Shown here one piece after another: positions 43,607 to 53,637 of a DNA stretch of 58,373 nucleotides (the stretch's first letter is position 1; each line of letters starts with the position of its first letter). A program made the translations under genes and the position numbers. Where the stretch lies: NCBI GenBank assembly GCA_903912365.1, contig CAIWGV010000035.1, forward strand, positions 1 to 58,373, written 5' to 3'. The notes beneath the pieces are model-generated. The model was not told the DNA's origin, searched no databases, and saw nothing but the letters and a program-made list of their open reading frames with translations. This stretch comes from an uncultured Alphaproteobacteria bacterium. GTDB taxonomy: Bacteria; Pseudomonadota; Alphaproteobacteria; UBA7879; UBA5542.

Positions 43607-44405
43607 AAATAAAAAGCCCCTCTTTGTCTGCAAGTGCAATAGTTTCTTGCTGATTTAAAATTAGACCAGCCCCTGCCTCCAAAGCAATTCCCTTCAGGCC
43701 AATCTTGGCAGCAAGTCGAACCGTCTCCATTCCAATGGTTGGCAAGTCTACCCGTTTCTCTTGTTGGGGTTTGGATCTTTTAACCAAAACCCCTCCCCTT
43801 TGCCCAAATTTTAGTTCTGCAGATCGTCGAAGGAGCCCATCGGTTCCCTCAAAAGCCTCAACAGCTAAAACAACTCCTTGTTCTACCACCACGGCCTGAC
43901 CGATATCTTCTTCTCCCAGGGCATAAGCCACTCCAATCCCTCGCTTCATATCCTGAAGGTCCTCTGCATCGGGATCATGTTTTCCAAGGGCCCCTGGCTT
44001 CATCAAAAGGGTATTCATGATCTCGTGAGCGCCTAGGACTTTAAACCCCTCTTTCTCTAGAAGAGAGATAACGCCTCCCAGCAATCCATCATCCCCAAAA
44101 GCTTTTTTACCAATTTTTGCGACCCATTCCATGGTTTTTAGATCCATTTTAAGGGTTTTTAAGGAAGGTCTTTGGAGGGCGCCGACCATAACAATCTCCC
44201 CTACATTTTCCTCTTTAAGAATTTTTAGCCCTTTTCCCACCTCTCCGAATTTAATCCAGGCATGGGGGTGTTTCTTCACAAAGTCCTCTTCCGCTTGCCC
44301 CTCAAAGGCCAAAAGAAAATAGGGACGGTTACTCTGTTGACAGAACTCCACAAGGAGTCGGGGAAGATTTCCTCGACCTAAAAGAATTCCAAGCTTATTT
44401 GACAT
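43584..44405 (-). CDS. lpxI: UDP-2,3-diacylglucosamine pyrophosphatase LpxI (DUF1009)
   Basis: MSNKLGILLGRGNLP... and GIALEAGAGLIL motifs, located between lpxA and lpxB as in alphaproteobacteria. The start is at ATG 44405, just after the lpxA stop. Confidence 0.85.
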   Translation of the reverse strand: MSNKLGILLGRGNLPRLLVEFCQQSNRPYFLLAFEGQAEEDFVKKHPHAWIKFGEVGKGLKILKEENVGEIVMVGALQRPSLKTLKMDLKTMEWVAKIGKKAFGDDGLLGGVISLLEKEGFKVLGAHEIMNTLLMKPGALGKHDPDAEDLQDMKRGIGVAYALGEEDIGQAVVVEQGVVLAVEAFEGTDGLLRRSAELKFGQRGGVLVKRSKPQQEKRVDLPTIGMETVRLAAKIGLKGIALEAGAGLILNQQETIALADKEGLFIYGFTQKD

Positions 44406-44412
44406 GATACCT

Positions 44413-45225
44413 CTACTCGGGCAAACACAAGGGACGAAGATTATGAGTCCCATTTTCCTTCAGGAACTTAACTATTTGCATGACATAGGGGTCTTTTTTG
44501 AAAAGACCCACCACATCTTCCATGCGTTCCGCCAATGTCCCCTCATTTGCAAATAATAGACGGTAGGCTGTTCTTATGCCATGGATATCTTGTCGAGAAA
44601 CACCCTGCCTCTTCAGCCCCACAAGATTCAGCCCACAAAGACGGGCTCTGTTTCCCAAAACAGACCCATAGGGAATGACGTCCCCCTCTACACCGGAAAG
44701 GCCTCCAATAATGCATCCCTGACCAAGCCTTACATTTTGATGAATGCCGCTTAGCCCTCCAATAATGGCAAAGTCCCCAACGGTCACATGTCCCCCAAGC
44801 GTGGCATTATTGGCCATAATAACGCCATTCCCCACACGACAATCGTGGGCTATATGGCAAGCCACCATAATCATACAGCTGTCCCCAATACGGGTAAGCA
44901 TTCCCCCTTTTTTTGTGCCGGGATGAATGGTCACATGCTCTCTAATTAAATTATTTTTTCCAATGATAATTTTTGAGGGCTCATTGTCATATCCTATAAA
45001 TTGGGGGCTGCCTCCCAAGGAAGCGAAAGGATATATTTTTGTATTTTCACCAACTTCTGTAAAACCAGTAATAACTGCATGAGAAATTACCTGGACTCCC
45101 TCTTTTAAAACAACGTGAGGACCTATATGGCAATAGGGACCAACCTGAACGCCTGCTCCAAGCTTAGCTCCCTCTTCAACAACTGCTGTTGGATGGATAA
45201 ATGGTTTAGCTTTATTCTTTGTCAT
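44413..45225 (-). CDS. lpxA: acyl-ACP--UDP-GlcNAc O-acyltransferase
   Basis: Left-handed beta-helix hexapeptide repeats, IHPTAVVEEGAKLG N-terminus, cluster context. An alternative upstream ATG lies at 45240. Confidence 0.9.
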   Translation of the reverse strand: MTKNKAKPFIHPTAVVEEGAKLGAGVQVGPYCHIGPHVVLKEGVQVISHAVITGFTEVGENTKIYPFASLGGSPQFIGYDNEPSKIIIGKNNLIREHVTIHPGTKKGGMLTRIGDSCMIMVACHIAHDCRVGNGVIMANNATLGGHVTVGDFAIIGGLSGIHQNVRLGQGCIIGGLSGVEGDVIPYGSVLGNRARLCGLNLVGLKRQGVSRQDIHGIRTAYRLLFANEGTLAERMEDVVGLFKKDPYVMQIVKFLKENGTHNLRPLCLPE

Positions 45226-45667
45226 TAATCTTATCAACAATCATGGCAGAAAAAACAGCCTCAGAAACAACGGTCCCATTGACTAATGCCTGGCTAGAAA
45301 ATTTCCAAATAGGATCCCGTTCCTTCAGCTTTTTCACATGAATATGAAGCGTATCTCCTGGGACAACAGGCTTTCTAAAGCGGGCCTCTTCAATGGACAT
45401 AAAATAAACAGTCTTATTTGCGGCCGCCCTTGCTGTAGATTTCATAACCAAAATCCCTGCGGTTTGAGCCATGGCCTCTACAATCAGAACGCCTGGCATT
45501 ACAGGGTGACCTGGGAAATGGCCCTGAAAAAACCACTCATTGGCCGTCACATTCTTGATGCCTACGGCACTTTCAGACAAAACCACATCCTCAACCCGAT
45601 CTACCAAGAGAAATGGGTATCTATGAGGAATTAATTTTTCAATTTCTTGAATATTTATCGTCGTCAC
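45212..45667 (-). CDS. fabZ: 3-hydroxyacyl-ACP dehydratase FabZ
   Basis: 151 aa. LPHRYPFLLVDRV and FFQGHFPGHPVMPGVL motifs. Confidence 0.95.
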   Translation of the reverse strand: MTTINIQEIEKLIPHRYPFLLVDRVEDVVLSESAVGIKNVTANEWFFQGHFPGHPVMPGVLIVEAMAQTAGILVMKSTARAAANKTVYFMSIEEARFRKPVVPGDTLHIHVKKLKERDPIWKFSSQALVNGTVVSEAVFSAMIVDKINDKE

Positions 45668-45671
45668 TTTT

Positions 45672-46679
45672 CTAATCCTTCTTCTTTATCAATCGAGATA
45701 CAGCCACAATCTGGCGGTGCCAATCTTTAATGGGAATCGCAGGAGACCCTCCCATGACGGCCCCGTCTTCCACATCTTTTGCAAGGCCGCTTTGGGCAGC
45801 AACTTTTACGCCTTTTCCAATTTTCAGATGGTCCTTAACGCCCACCTGGCCCGCCAAAATCGTATGATCGCCAATGACCGTACTCCCCGCAATTCCAACT
45901 TGGGAAACGATGATGCACCCCACACCCAAAGTCACATTATGGGCGATCTGCACTAAATTATCAATCCTACACCAGGACCCGATAACTGTATCCTCTAAGG
46001 CACCTCGATCAATCGTTGTGTTTGCGCCTATGCGGACATGATCATGGATTATTACGCGTCCAAGTTGAGGGATATCCACCATTTTCCCCTCATGGACAGC
46101 AAAACCAAACCCTGGAAGCCCAAGGCGAGCTCCCGAATGAATCTGAGCATAATCCCCCAAAATGGTATGGGTCAAAGTCACATGGTCATAGATTTGGCAA
46201 TAAGACCCTATTTTAACTCCTGGACCAATGAAGACGCTAGCGCCGATGATCGTATGCTCTCCAATCTCAACTCCATCTCCAATAGAAACATCGGGTCCTA
46301 TTTCTACTGTCTTGTGAATTTTTGTGTTTTTCGCGGTTTTATTTATCAAAGGAACGCGATGAACCTCTGGGTAGAAGGCCTGGGCAATTTTGGCAAAACT
46401 TGCATGGGGATCCGAAGAAACCAAAGGAATCGTGGAGGCAGGCAATTGATTTGCAAACTCTGGATGAATAATGCATACCCCTGCCTTCGTCTTTTTCAAA
46501 AGGTTTTCAAATTCCTTTCGATGAAAAAATGTAATATGTTTAGAGTCTGCGTTGCCCAAGGGCCCAATATCTTCCACCATAAAGTTTTCCTGGGCTGGGG
46601 ATACCTCTGCCCCAATCAAAGCCGCCAGTTCTTTTAAAGAATGGGGTTTGGATTTACGATGAAACAGGGAGTCTGGCAT
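45672..46679 (-). CDS. lpxD: UDP-3-O-acylglucosamine N-acyltransferase
   Basis: 335 aa, hexapeptide-repeat body, cluster context. Confidence 0.9.
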   Translation of the reverse strand: MPDSLFHRKSKPHSLKELAALIGAEVSPAQENFMVEDIGPLGNADSKHITFFHRKEFENLLKKTKAGVCIIHPEFANQLPASTIPLVSSDPHASFAKIAQAFYPEVHRVPLINKTAKNTKIHKTVEIGPDVSIGDGVEIGEHTIIGASVFIGPGVKIGSYCQIYDHVTLTHTILGDYAQIHSGARLGLPGFGFAVHEGKMVDIPQLGRVIIHDHVRIGANTTIDRGALEDTVIGSWCRIDNLVQIAHNVTLGVGCIIVSQVGIAGSTVIGDHTILAGQVGVKDHLKIGKGVKVAAQSGLAKDVEDGAVMGGSPAIPIKDWHRQIVAVSRLIKKKD

Positions 46680-46682
46680 TTA

Positions 46683-47267
46683 TTAGGACTCCTTTTCTGT
46701 TTTTAGTAGGGAAAGAACTTCATTCGTAATATCCAATTTTGGATCATAATAAGATGTCTGATTTTGAGAAATCACCAGATCTGCCTCATGTTTATGCGCC
46801 ACCTTCTTGATAGCTTCATTAATTTTTTCCCTTAATATCCTCATTGACTCTTCATGGTGTTCCTGAAGTTCTTTTTGGCGTCTTTCAGCTTCTTGCTGGG
46901 TTTTCATAACCTTTTCCGAAAACTTTTTCTGGCGATCTGCAAAGATTTTTGTCTGGGAAGAGTCTTTAAAATTGACAGATTTTTGGCTCTCGGCAAGTCC
47001 TTGATTTTCATTTCTCAGTTGAATTTCTAGATCAGAGAACTCTCGATGATAGCTTTCCAGTTTTTTATTCAACTTCCTTTTTAGAGCCTCCATTTCCGGA
47101 AGATTTTCCCATAGTTCTTCCCATCGAATAACGAGAACCTGCAAAGGCAGGGAGGGGACCTGTCTATGCCAGAAGAGATGACCCAGATAGGCGCCCCCTC
47201 CCATGAGGGAAATAAAGAGTACCCATAAAATCGGTGCTTTTCTTTTTGGCTTTCTGAACATAATCAA
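46683..47267 (-). CDS. skp: OmpH/Skp-family periplasmic chaperone
   Basis: 194 aa, N-terminal TM/signal, Lys/Glu/Gln-rich coiled segment. Conserved position between bamA and lpxD. Confidence 0.75.
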   Translation of the reverse strand: MIMFRKPKRKAPILWVLFISLMGGGAYLGHLFWHRQVPSLPLQVLVIRWEELWENLPEMEALKRKLNKKLESYHREFSDLEIQLRNENQGLAESQKSVNFKDSSQTKIFADRQKKFSEKVMKTQQEAERRQKELQEHHEESMRILREKINEAIKKVAHKHEADLVISQNQTSYYDPKLDITNEVLSLLKTEKES

Positions 47268-49549
47268 AAACGGCTGGTTCCAAAGTTTACAAGCACAATG
47301 CTGGTCTTATCTCCCGGTTTTTTCCAAATGGGAAATCCAAAGTTTATTTTAATAAGACCCATGGGGGATGCCCACCCCAGTCCAAATCCTGTTGATAGAC
47401 GCAATCCCTTGTCGTTATAAACATTCGGAGATTTTTCCTTAGAATCCCAGGTGGTTCCCGTATCAATGAACACGGTGCCCCGAATACCAAGCTCTCTGGA
47501 TATACCAAGAGGGAAAGTTGCTTCCGTTGAAAGCGTAAACATACGATCTCCTCCCAAATCGTCTCGGTTTCCTGTCTTGGAGTGGGGCCCGACACCTCCG
47601 TAATCAAATCCACGCAAAGTGTCTCCGCCCAAGTGGAACTTATCATTTACACGCATTTTCTGTCCAAGACCCTGGGCCGAACCTGCTTCCGTTAGAACCC
47701 CCAAGGTCAACTCATCCACCGGCGTGTAATAAATTTCCCCTCCAATTGTGTTACGCAAGAACCGGATATTTCCTCCTAGTCCCGCCCATTCGTTGTTCAT
47801 GCTGGCAACATATCCACTGGTTGGAGCAAACTTAAAATCCCTGGCATCATAGCTCAAGGTATGCCCCACCAAGGAAACGGTTTTTGTTCCTGCCTGTTGC
47901 CGGATCTGAGGCGCTGCATTTTGGCTGATGGATCCAATCTTATCCAATGAAAGGCTATAATTCCATTTCTGGATCAAAAGCTCAGACAAATGATACCCCA
48001 TCCATGTTCGAGCGGATGAGGAGTGCTGCGTATAGGAACTTTGAGATTCCTGGTTTGCCTTTGTCTTTCCAGCCCCAATTCCAACTGTAAGATCTCTATT
48101 AAGGAAATAGGGGTCTTGTAAGTTGACATCTAAACTCTGCCAAGTCTTTGCATAATACAACCTAGACCCAAATTCGTAGGCCCGACCAAAAAGGTTTCTT
48201 TCGGTAAAGTTAATCATTCCAAAGGGACCTTCTGCCGTGTTATATCCCGCAGAAAAGTTGATCTCTCCTGTTGATTGCTCTTCAACCAAAATATCTTCGT
48301 CGGTTTTTTCAGGGTCTCCCACAACAGGAACTGACTTTATCTCTACGCGTTTAAAGAAACCTAAGTTTTGGAGATTTCGATCTGATGCCCGAAGTTTGGT
48401 GCTATTAAAGGGGTCCCCTTCTGCTAAAAGCATCTGGCGTCGGATCACCGAGTCCACAGTTCGCGTATTGCCAATAATATTAATTCTATTGATAAAGACT
48501 TTAGGTCCTTCCAAAAGTTTATAAACCAACTTAATTGTTTTTTTCTCTTCATCTCGGACAGGAATGGGTTGAATATCCACAAATGCGTATCCATGGTCTC
48601 CTGCAATATTTGTGATAATTTCCGTGTCTTTTTCTACGACGGCTGTGGAGTACCAATCCCCTTCCTTTGCTCCTATTTTCTTGCTAATCTCATCCACTTT
48701 TAGATAGGGAATGGTGTTTTGAACGGTTACCTCCCCGAATCGATAGCGATCTCCTTCTTCAATAGTAAAGGTAATAATAAAGCCATCTCGGGCAGGCACC
48801 AGCTCAGCCACTGCTGACGCAACTCGGAAATCTGCATATCCCTTAGCAAGATAGAATTTACGGAGATTTTCGCGATCTCCCTCCAACCGCGCCGGAACAT
48901 ATACGTCATCATTGGCCAAAAACCGCCACCAATGGGCCTCTTTGGTAAGAATAATCTGTCTGAGCTGATCATCACTAAATTTTTTATTCCCGATAAATTT
49001 TATACTTCTTACACTTGCAGAGGCCCCTTCGGTGATTTCAAAAACAATATCCACACGATTTTGTTCTCTTTTGATGATCTGAGGAGATACTTTGGCTCCA
49101 AAGTATCCTTTTGCCTGGTAAATAGCCAAAATCTTTTGAACCTCTTCGTAAACTTTATTTTTATTCAAGAGTTGACGGGGCTGGATTTTTACTTCGGTGT
49201 TTAAAATTTTATCACTGACGTTTTTATTTCCTTCAAACACAATCCGATTAATGCTGGGGTTTTCCACCACTTTTACGATGAGCACGGACCCCACTTGGTT
49301 CAAGGATACATCGGAAAAATAATTGGAATTGTAGATGGTCTTTAAATTATCATCTATTTCTTTTTGGGTTGGCTGCTGCCCCTCTTGAATGGTCAAATAC
49401 CTCAGAACGGTACTTGTCTCAATACGCTCATTTCCTTTTACTTCAACCTTAGAAATGGGGACAGCTTCTGCTGCCACACAAAGACCAAAGGCAATCCCAA
49501 AAAAAATCCCACTTATCCTTTTCACGGTATTCCTCATTTCTTTTACCAT
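47264..49549 (-). CDS. bamA: outer-membrane protein assembly factor BamA
   Basis: 761 aa. POTRA repeats (KVEVKGNERIETSTV..., IKFIGNKKFSD...) and a C-terminal beta-barrel ending in F. Confidence 0.95.
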   Translation of the reverse strand: MVKEMRNTVKRISGIFFGIAFGLCVAAEAVPISKVEVKGNERIETSTVLRYLTIQEGQQPTQKEIDDNLKTIYNSNYFSDVSLNQVGSVLIVKVVENPSINRIVFEGNKNVSDKILNTEVKIQPRQLLNKNKVYEEVQKILAIYQAKGYFGAKVSPQIIKREQNRVDIVFEITEGASASVRSIKFIGNKKFSDDQLRQIILTKEAHWWRFLANDDVYVPARLEGDRENLRKFYLAKGYADFRVASAVAELVPARDGFIITFTIEEGDRYRFGEVTVQNTIPYLKVDEISKKIGAKEGDWYSTAVVEKDTEIITNIAGDHGYAFVDIQPIPVRDEEKKTIKLVYKLLEGPKVFINRINIIGNTRTVDSVIRRQMLLAEGDPFNSTKLRASDRNLQNLGFFKRVEIKSVPVVGDPEKTDEDILVEEQSTGEINFSAGYNTAEGPFGMINFTERNLFGRAYEFGSRLYYAKTWQSLDVNLQDPYFLNRDLTVGIGAGKTKANQESQSSYTQHSSSARTWMGYHLSELLIQKWNYSLSLDKIGSISQNAAPQIRQQAGTKTVSLVGHTLSYDARDFKFAPTSGYVASMNNEWAGLGGNIRFLRNTIGGEIYYTPVDELTLGVLTEAGSAQGLGQKMRVNDKFHLGGDTLRGFDYGGVGPHSKTGNRDDLGGDRMFTLSTEATFPLGISRELGIRGTVFIDTGTTWDSKEKSPNVYNDKGLRLSTGFGLGWASPMGLIKINFGFPIWKKPGDKTSIVLVNFGTSRF

Positions 49550-50673
49550 TTATGAAAGAAGTCCAAAATACTTCCTATTACATTAAATCTCATCAAATCG
49601 TTCCAAAGGGTCCCCAACATGAACACCCCCAAAATTCCCAATCCTATTTTGAAAGAAATCTCATGGATTTTATGGCTCAAAGGTTTTCCTCGGATAGCCT
49701 CCACAATATAGAAGAACAAATGTCCCCCATCTAAACCAGGAACTGGAATTAAATTAATCACACCCAGATTTAGAGAGAGCAAAGCCATGAACTCCAACAA
49801 AGGGATAATGCCTTTCTGAAAGCTATCCTTGGACATTTTAGCAATGCTCATAACGCTTCCCAATTTGGAGGCATCTTCCTTTGAGCAAAAAGCCGCCCCT
49901 AAAAACTGCAAAAGCTCGCCACTCATGCGGACAACACTTTTTAGGGCCGCAAGAGGCGCATCGAAGAATCCATGGGGCATCAGCTGCGGCATAATCCCAA
50001 TAACACCTCGAGCAACCTTAGGAGTTATTTGCTCTTTCTGGGGAACAACTTTCAGCGTTTGAAGGGTTCCCTCCCGGGTCACTTGGAAGACTAAAGGGTT
50101 TTCTGGATTTTTAGCGATGATGGTTTGAACTTGACGGAAAGTTTCCACAGGCTCTCCATCTATGGATGAGACTCTATCTCCAGGCATAAACCCTGATTTT
50201 TGCGCAACACTTCCGGAAAGAACCTCCCCAAGAACAGGCTGTCGACTTTGCTCTCCTTTAAAATAAAAAACGATAGAGAGAAAAAGAACCGCCAGAATAA
50301 TATTTGCCAAAGGCCCCATACCAGAAACAGCGATTCGCTGCCATACGGTCTTTGAATCGAGAGTTTGAGATTTTTCCTGCGCTGTTAGTTTCGAATTTTT
50401 TTCATAGTCTGGAAGACTTGCGGCATTTGCATCTCCGAACATCTGCACATATCCCCCAAATGGGATTAAACTGAACTTCCATCTGGTTCCATGGGAATCT
50501 TTCCATCCAAAAATTTCAGGGCCGAATCCTATGGAGAACGCCTCTACCCTCACCCCGTTGCGACGGGCTGCCCAATAGTGCCCTAGCTCATGAAAGAAAA
50601 CCAGAACCGTTAATACCAAAAGAAAGGGAAGAACCCAAGAAAGAACTGACTGTGCTGATAGTAAAAATTCCAT
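49543..50673 (-). CDS. rseP: RIP site-2 zinc metalloprotease RseP
   Basis: 376 aa. HELGHY motif, a PDZ-like middle, NLIPVPGLDGGH motif. Confidence 0.9.
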   Translation of the reverse strand: MEFLLSAQSVLSWVLPFLLVLTVLVFFHELGHYWAARRNGVRVEAFSIGFGPEIFGWKDSHGTRWKFSLIPFGGYVQMFGDANAASLPDYEKNSKLTAQEKSQTLDSKTVWQRIAVSGMGPLANIILAVLFLSIVFYFKGEQSRQPVLGEVLSGSVAQKSGFMPGDRVSSIDGEPVETFRQVQTIIAKNPENPLVFQVTREGTLQTLKVVPQKEQITPKVARGVIGIMPQLMPHGFFDAPLAALKSVVRMSGELLQFLGAAFCSKEDASKLGSVMSIAKMSKDSFQKGIIPLLEFMALLSLNLGVINLIPVPGLDGGHLFFYIVEAIRGKPLSHKIHEISFKIGLGILGVFMLGTLWNDLMRFNVIGSILDFFHKW

Positions 50674-50743
50674 TAATCACCTCACCCGCGATACTAAGGA
50701 TTTTTTGTCTTCTTTACAAGGAAAAAGCCAACGGCCCGGCAAT

Positions 50744-51592
50744 TTATTTAAGATTAAACAACATAATCTGAGGATACAAAAGAATAGCCAGCGCGACACA
50801 GGGGAAGACGAACAAAAATCCATCCAAGCGATCAAGCAACCCTCCATGTCCTGGGATGATTTGGCCGCTATCTTTGACCTTGTGAACCCTTTTAACTTTT
50901 GATTCTAATAAATCACCCACGGCCGCCCCAAAAGCAATACACAAGCAAATGCCCATGAATTTTTTCAAAGAGACGCTGCTTTCGATAAAGAAGTAAAAGA
51001 TTCCTCCGCTGAGGGTTGCACAGACCAATCCCCCAAAGAAACCTGACCAGGTTTTAGAGGGACTAATGGTCGCCATTAATTTGGGGCCCCTAAGCCAGGT
51101 CCCCACCCCGTAGGCCGCCATATCATTCACCGCCACAATCATCATGACCCATCCAACCAGAGCCACGCCTCCAAAGACGCTATCCACCATCCAAATAACC
51201 GCTTGGCAAGGCAACCCCACATACAGAATCCCCAGAGAAATCCATAGAAATCTCCTATACCAAGCAATCCAGCTGAGAAGAATTGAGATACTCGCCGCAC
51301 TCAATAAAATGCCTACCCCAAAAAAAGAATGGCCAGAAAGCGTTGCGTACATACTGCCGTAAATCAGCACAGTCATAATAAAAGTTGTTTTATTGAAAGG
51401 AAGCTGACAAATTTTAACCCACTCAACCACCAAAGCCCCTGCCAGGAAGAAAAAAAGGAATTTAAGAGCAAAGCTCCCTCCCCATAAAATTGCCCCAAAA
51501 GCGAGGCCCATTCCTATACCTGAAATCACCCGTTTCTGCAGGGGTGTTAGCTTATTAAAATCAATCATTATATTCATAAATTTTTTCTTCAT
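50744..51592 (-). CDS. cdsA: phosphatidate cytidylyltransferase
   Basis: 282 aa polytopic protein. C-terminal SKVKRVHKVKDSGQIIPGHGGLLDRLD signature. Confidence 0.88.
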   Translation of the reverse strand: MKKKFMNIMIDFNKLTPLQKRVISGIGMGLAFGAILWGGSFALKFLFFFLAGALVVEWVKICQLPFNKTTFIMTVLIYGSMYATLSGHSFFGVGILLSAASISILLSWIAWYRRFLWISLGILYVGLPCQAVIWMVDSVFGGVALVGWVMMIVAVNDMAAYGVGTWLRGPKLMATISPSKTWSGFFGGLVCATLSGGIFYFFIESSVSLKKFMGICLCIAFGAAVGDLLESKVKRVHKVKDSGQIIPGHGGLLDRLDGFLFVFPCVALAILLYPQIMLFNLK

Positions 51593-52302
51593 TGTACCTG
51601 ATCCGATGTTTTTCCATGACGCCGTTCCCTCCCATCATAAACTGACAGGGCTTTCTGAAACTCTTGTTTTGAAAAGGCTGGCCAAAAAGTTTCCGTAAAA
51701 TAAAACTCCGCATAGGCACTTTGCCATAACAAAAAATTACTGAGGCGCTGTTCTCCTCCAGTTCGAATAAGCAAATCTGGGTCAGGCGCTCCTGCCGTAT
51801 ATAAAAACTCTCCAATTTTTTCTTCCGTTATTTGGGATACCTCTATACCAGAGCTCACCATTTTACGAAGAGCTTCTGTAATTTCACCCCGAGATCCATA
51901 ATTCAAAGCTACCTGCAATGTAAGCACTGAATTATCTTGAGTTTCCTTTTCCGCATGGGCAATAAGCTCTTGAATATCCTTATCCAAACGACTTCTTTCC
52001 CCAACCATCCTCAACCGAACGCCTTGTTTTTTAAAAGTCTTAATCTCATTTTTAAGATAGAATCTAAGGAGATTCATAAGGCCAGACACTTCTTCTTGGG
52101 GCCTGTGCCAATTTTCTGTGGAAAAAGCATAAATCGTCAAATAGGAAATTTTTTGAGCGATGCTTTCTTCAACAATTGACTTAATATTTTCTGCTCCTCG
52201 ACGATGCCCAAAAAGACGAGGCTTTCCTTGGGATTTGGCCCAACGGCCATTTCCGTCCATAATTATGGCCACGTGAGTCAAAGATTTTACGTCAGGTTTC
52301 AA
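51589..52302 (-). CDS. uppS: di-trans,poly-cis-undecaprenyl-diphosphate synthase
   Basis: 237 aa. HVAIIMDGNGRWA and IRTGGEQRLSNFLLWQ motifs. Confidence 0.95.
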   Translation of the reverse strand: MKPDVKSLTHVAIIMDGNGRWAKSQGKPRLFGHRRGAENIKSIVEESIAQKISYLTIYAFSTENWHRPQEEVSGLMNLLRFYLKNEIKTFKKQGVRLRMVGERSRLDKDIQELIAHAEKETQDNSVLTLQVALNYGSRGEITEALRKMVSSGIEVSQITEEKIGEFLYTAGAPDPDLLIRTGGEQRLSNFLLWQSAYAEFYFTETFWPAFSKQEFQKALSVYDGRERRHGKTSDQVQ

Positions 52303-52316
52303 TAAAGACTCCGCAC

Positions 52317-52874
52317 CTAGATATGCATAATATCTTTTTCTTTTTGAACATAAAGCTCATCAACTGATTTGATATATTTATCTGTCAATTCCTGAACCTC
52401 TTCAGAAAATTTATGGTGCTCATCTTCTGTAATCTCGCTCTTTTTTTCCATTTCTTTCAAAGTGTCCATCCCATCCCGACGAACATTTCGAACGCTGATT
52501 TTTGTGGCTTCAGCATATTTAGCCGCAACTTTCGTAAGTTCTCGACGACGCTCTTCGCTAAGATCCGGAAGCGGCAGGCGAATAAGCTGACCTTCTACCA
52601 CAGGATTAAGTCCAAGATTTGCGTCCATTAAGGCTTTTTCCACACTCTTAATCATGCTGTGATCCCAAACCTGAATGGATAACATTCTGGCCTCAGGGGC
52701 ATTAACCGTACCCAACTGGGAAAGAGGCATTTGTGTGCCATAGGCATCAACGGTCACGTGGTCCAGCAACGCTGTTGAGGCACGTCCTGTCCTGAGGGCT
52801 TGGAAATCCTTCTTCAAGACATCCAGGGCCCCTTCCATTCTTCTCTTAAGTTGATCTATAAGTTCCAGCGCCAT
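52317..52874 (-). CDS. frr: ribosome recycling factor
   Basis: The start is at ATG 52872-52874 (MALELIDQLKRRMEG...), giving ~185 aa. The longer ORF to 52997 would overlap pyrH. Confidence 0.93.
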   Translation of the reverse strand: MALELIDQLKRRMEGALDVLKKDFQALRTGRASTALLDHVTVDAYGTQMPLSQLGTVNAPEARMLSIQVWDHSMIKSVEKALMDANLGLNPVVEGQLIRLPLPDLSEERRRELTKVAAKYAEATKISVRNVRRDGMDTLKEMEKKSEITEDEHHKFSEEVQELTDKYIKSVDELYVQKEKDIMHI

Positions 52875-52887
52875 AATGTCTCCTTCC

Positions 52888-53613
52888 TTATTGGATGAGT
52901 GTGAATCGTTCTTCGCCCAGCAATACCTGTCTAAAGCAATCTCTTCCTTTGAGAGCAAACACAAGAATTGGAAGTTGATACTCTTTTGCCAAAGCAACAG
53001 CTGGCATATCCATAATCTTCAGGTTACGAGCCAAAATGTCTTTGTACCCTAACTCATCATACCGTTCTGCGTCAGGGTTTTTCTTGGGATCTTCCGCATA
53101 AACACCATCCACTTGGGTAGCTTTCATTAAAACTTCACATCCCATTTCTATGGAGCGCAACACGGCCGCTGTGTCTGTAGTGAAGAAGGGCGCCGATGTA
53201 CCCCCCACAAAAATGACCACGTTATTTTCTTCTAAGGACTTGAGCGCCTCTCTCTGGGTAAATTCTTCACACACCAAAGGGACTCGAATGCTTGAAAAAA
53301 CTTGCGTGGGAATCTTTCTTTCTTCCAGCTTACTCTTGAGCCCCAGCCCATTAATGACCGTTGCGAGCATGCCCATGTGGTCTCCCGTGATGCGATCGAA
53401 AGCCCGGCTCCTAAAAGAGCCGCCTCGGTGAATGTTTCCCCCACCCACAACGAGAGCCACCTGAATGCCTTCTTCTACAAGGCCATTGAGTGCTTCAACG
53501 ATGTTGCCGAGGGTTTCATGACAAAAAATATCTTCCGAATCCCCTCCCAGAGCTTCTCCGGAAAGTTTAACAAGAACCCTTTTATATCTAGGTTGTGGTT
53601 TTGAACTACTCAT
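52888..53613 (-). CDS. pyrH: UMP kinase
   Basis: 241 aa. RVLVKLSGEAL and VVGGGNI motifs. Confidence 0.95.
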   Translation of the reverse strand: MSSSKPQPRYKRVLVKLSGEALGGDSEDIFCHETLGNIVEALNGLVEEGIQVALVVGGGNIHRGGSFRSRAFDRITGDHMGMLATVINGLGLKSKLEERKIPTQVFSSIRVPLVCEEFTQREALKSLEENNVVIFVGGTSAPFFTTDTAAVLRSIEMGCEVLMKATQVDGVYAEDPKKNPDAERYDELGYKDILARNLKIMDMPAVALAKEYQLPILVFALKGRDCFRQVLLGEERFTLIQ

Positions 53614-53637
53614 AGGTATACCTCCTTGAGGTCAAAT

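Noticed and set aside
46038-46637. A 199-aa plus-strand ORF inside lpxD, and a 163-aa ORF at 54263-54754 spanning tsf and rpsB.
   Set aside because: Both are antisense to strongly supported housekeeping genes and have no independent signal.
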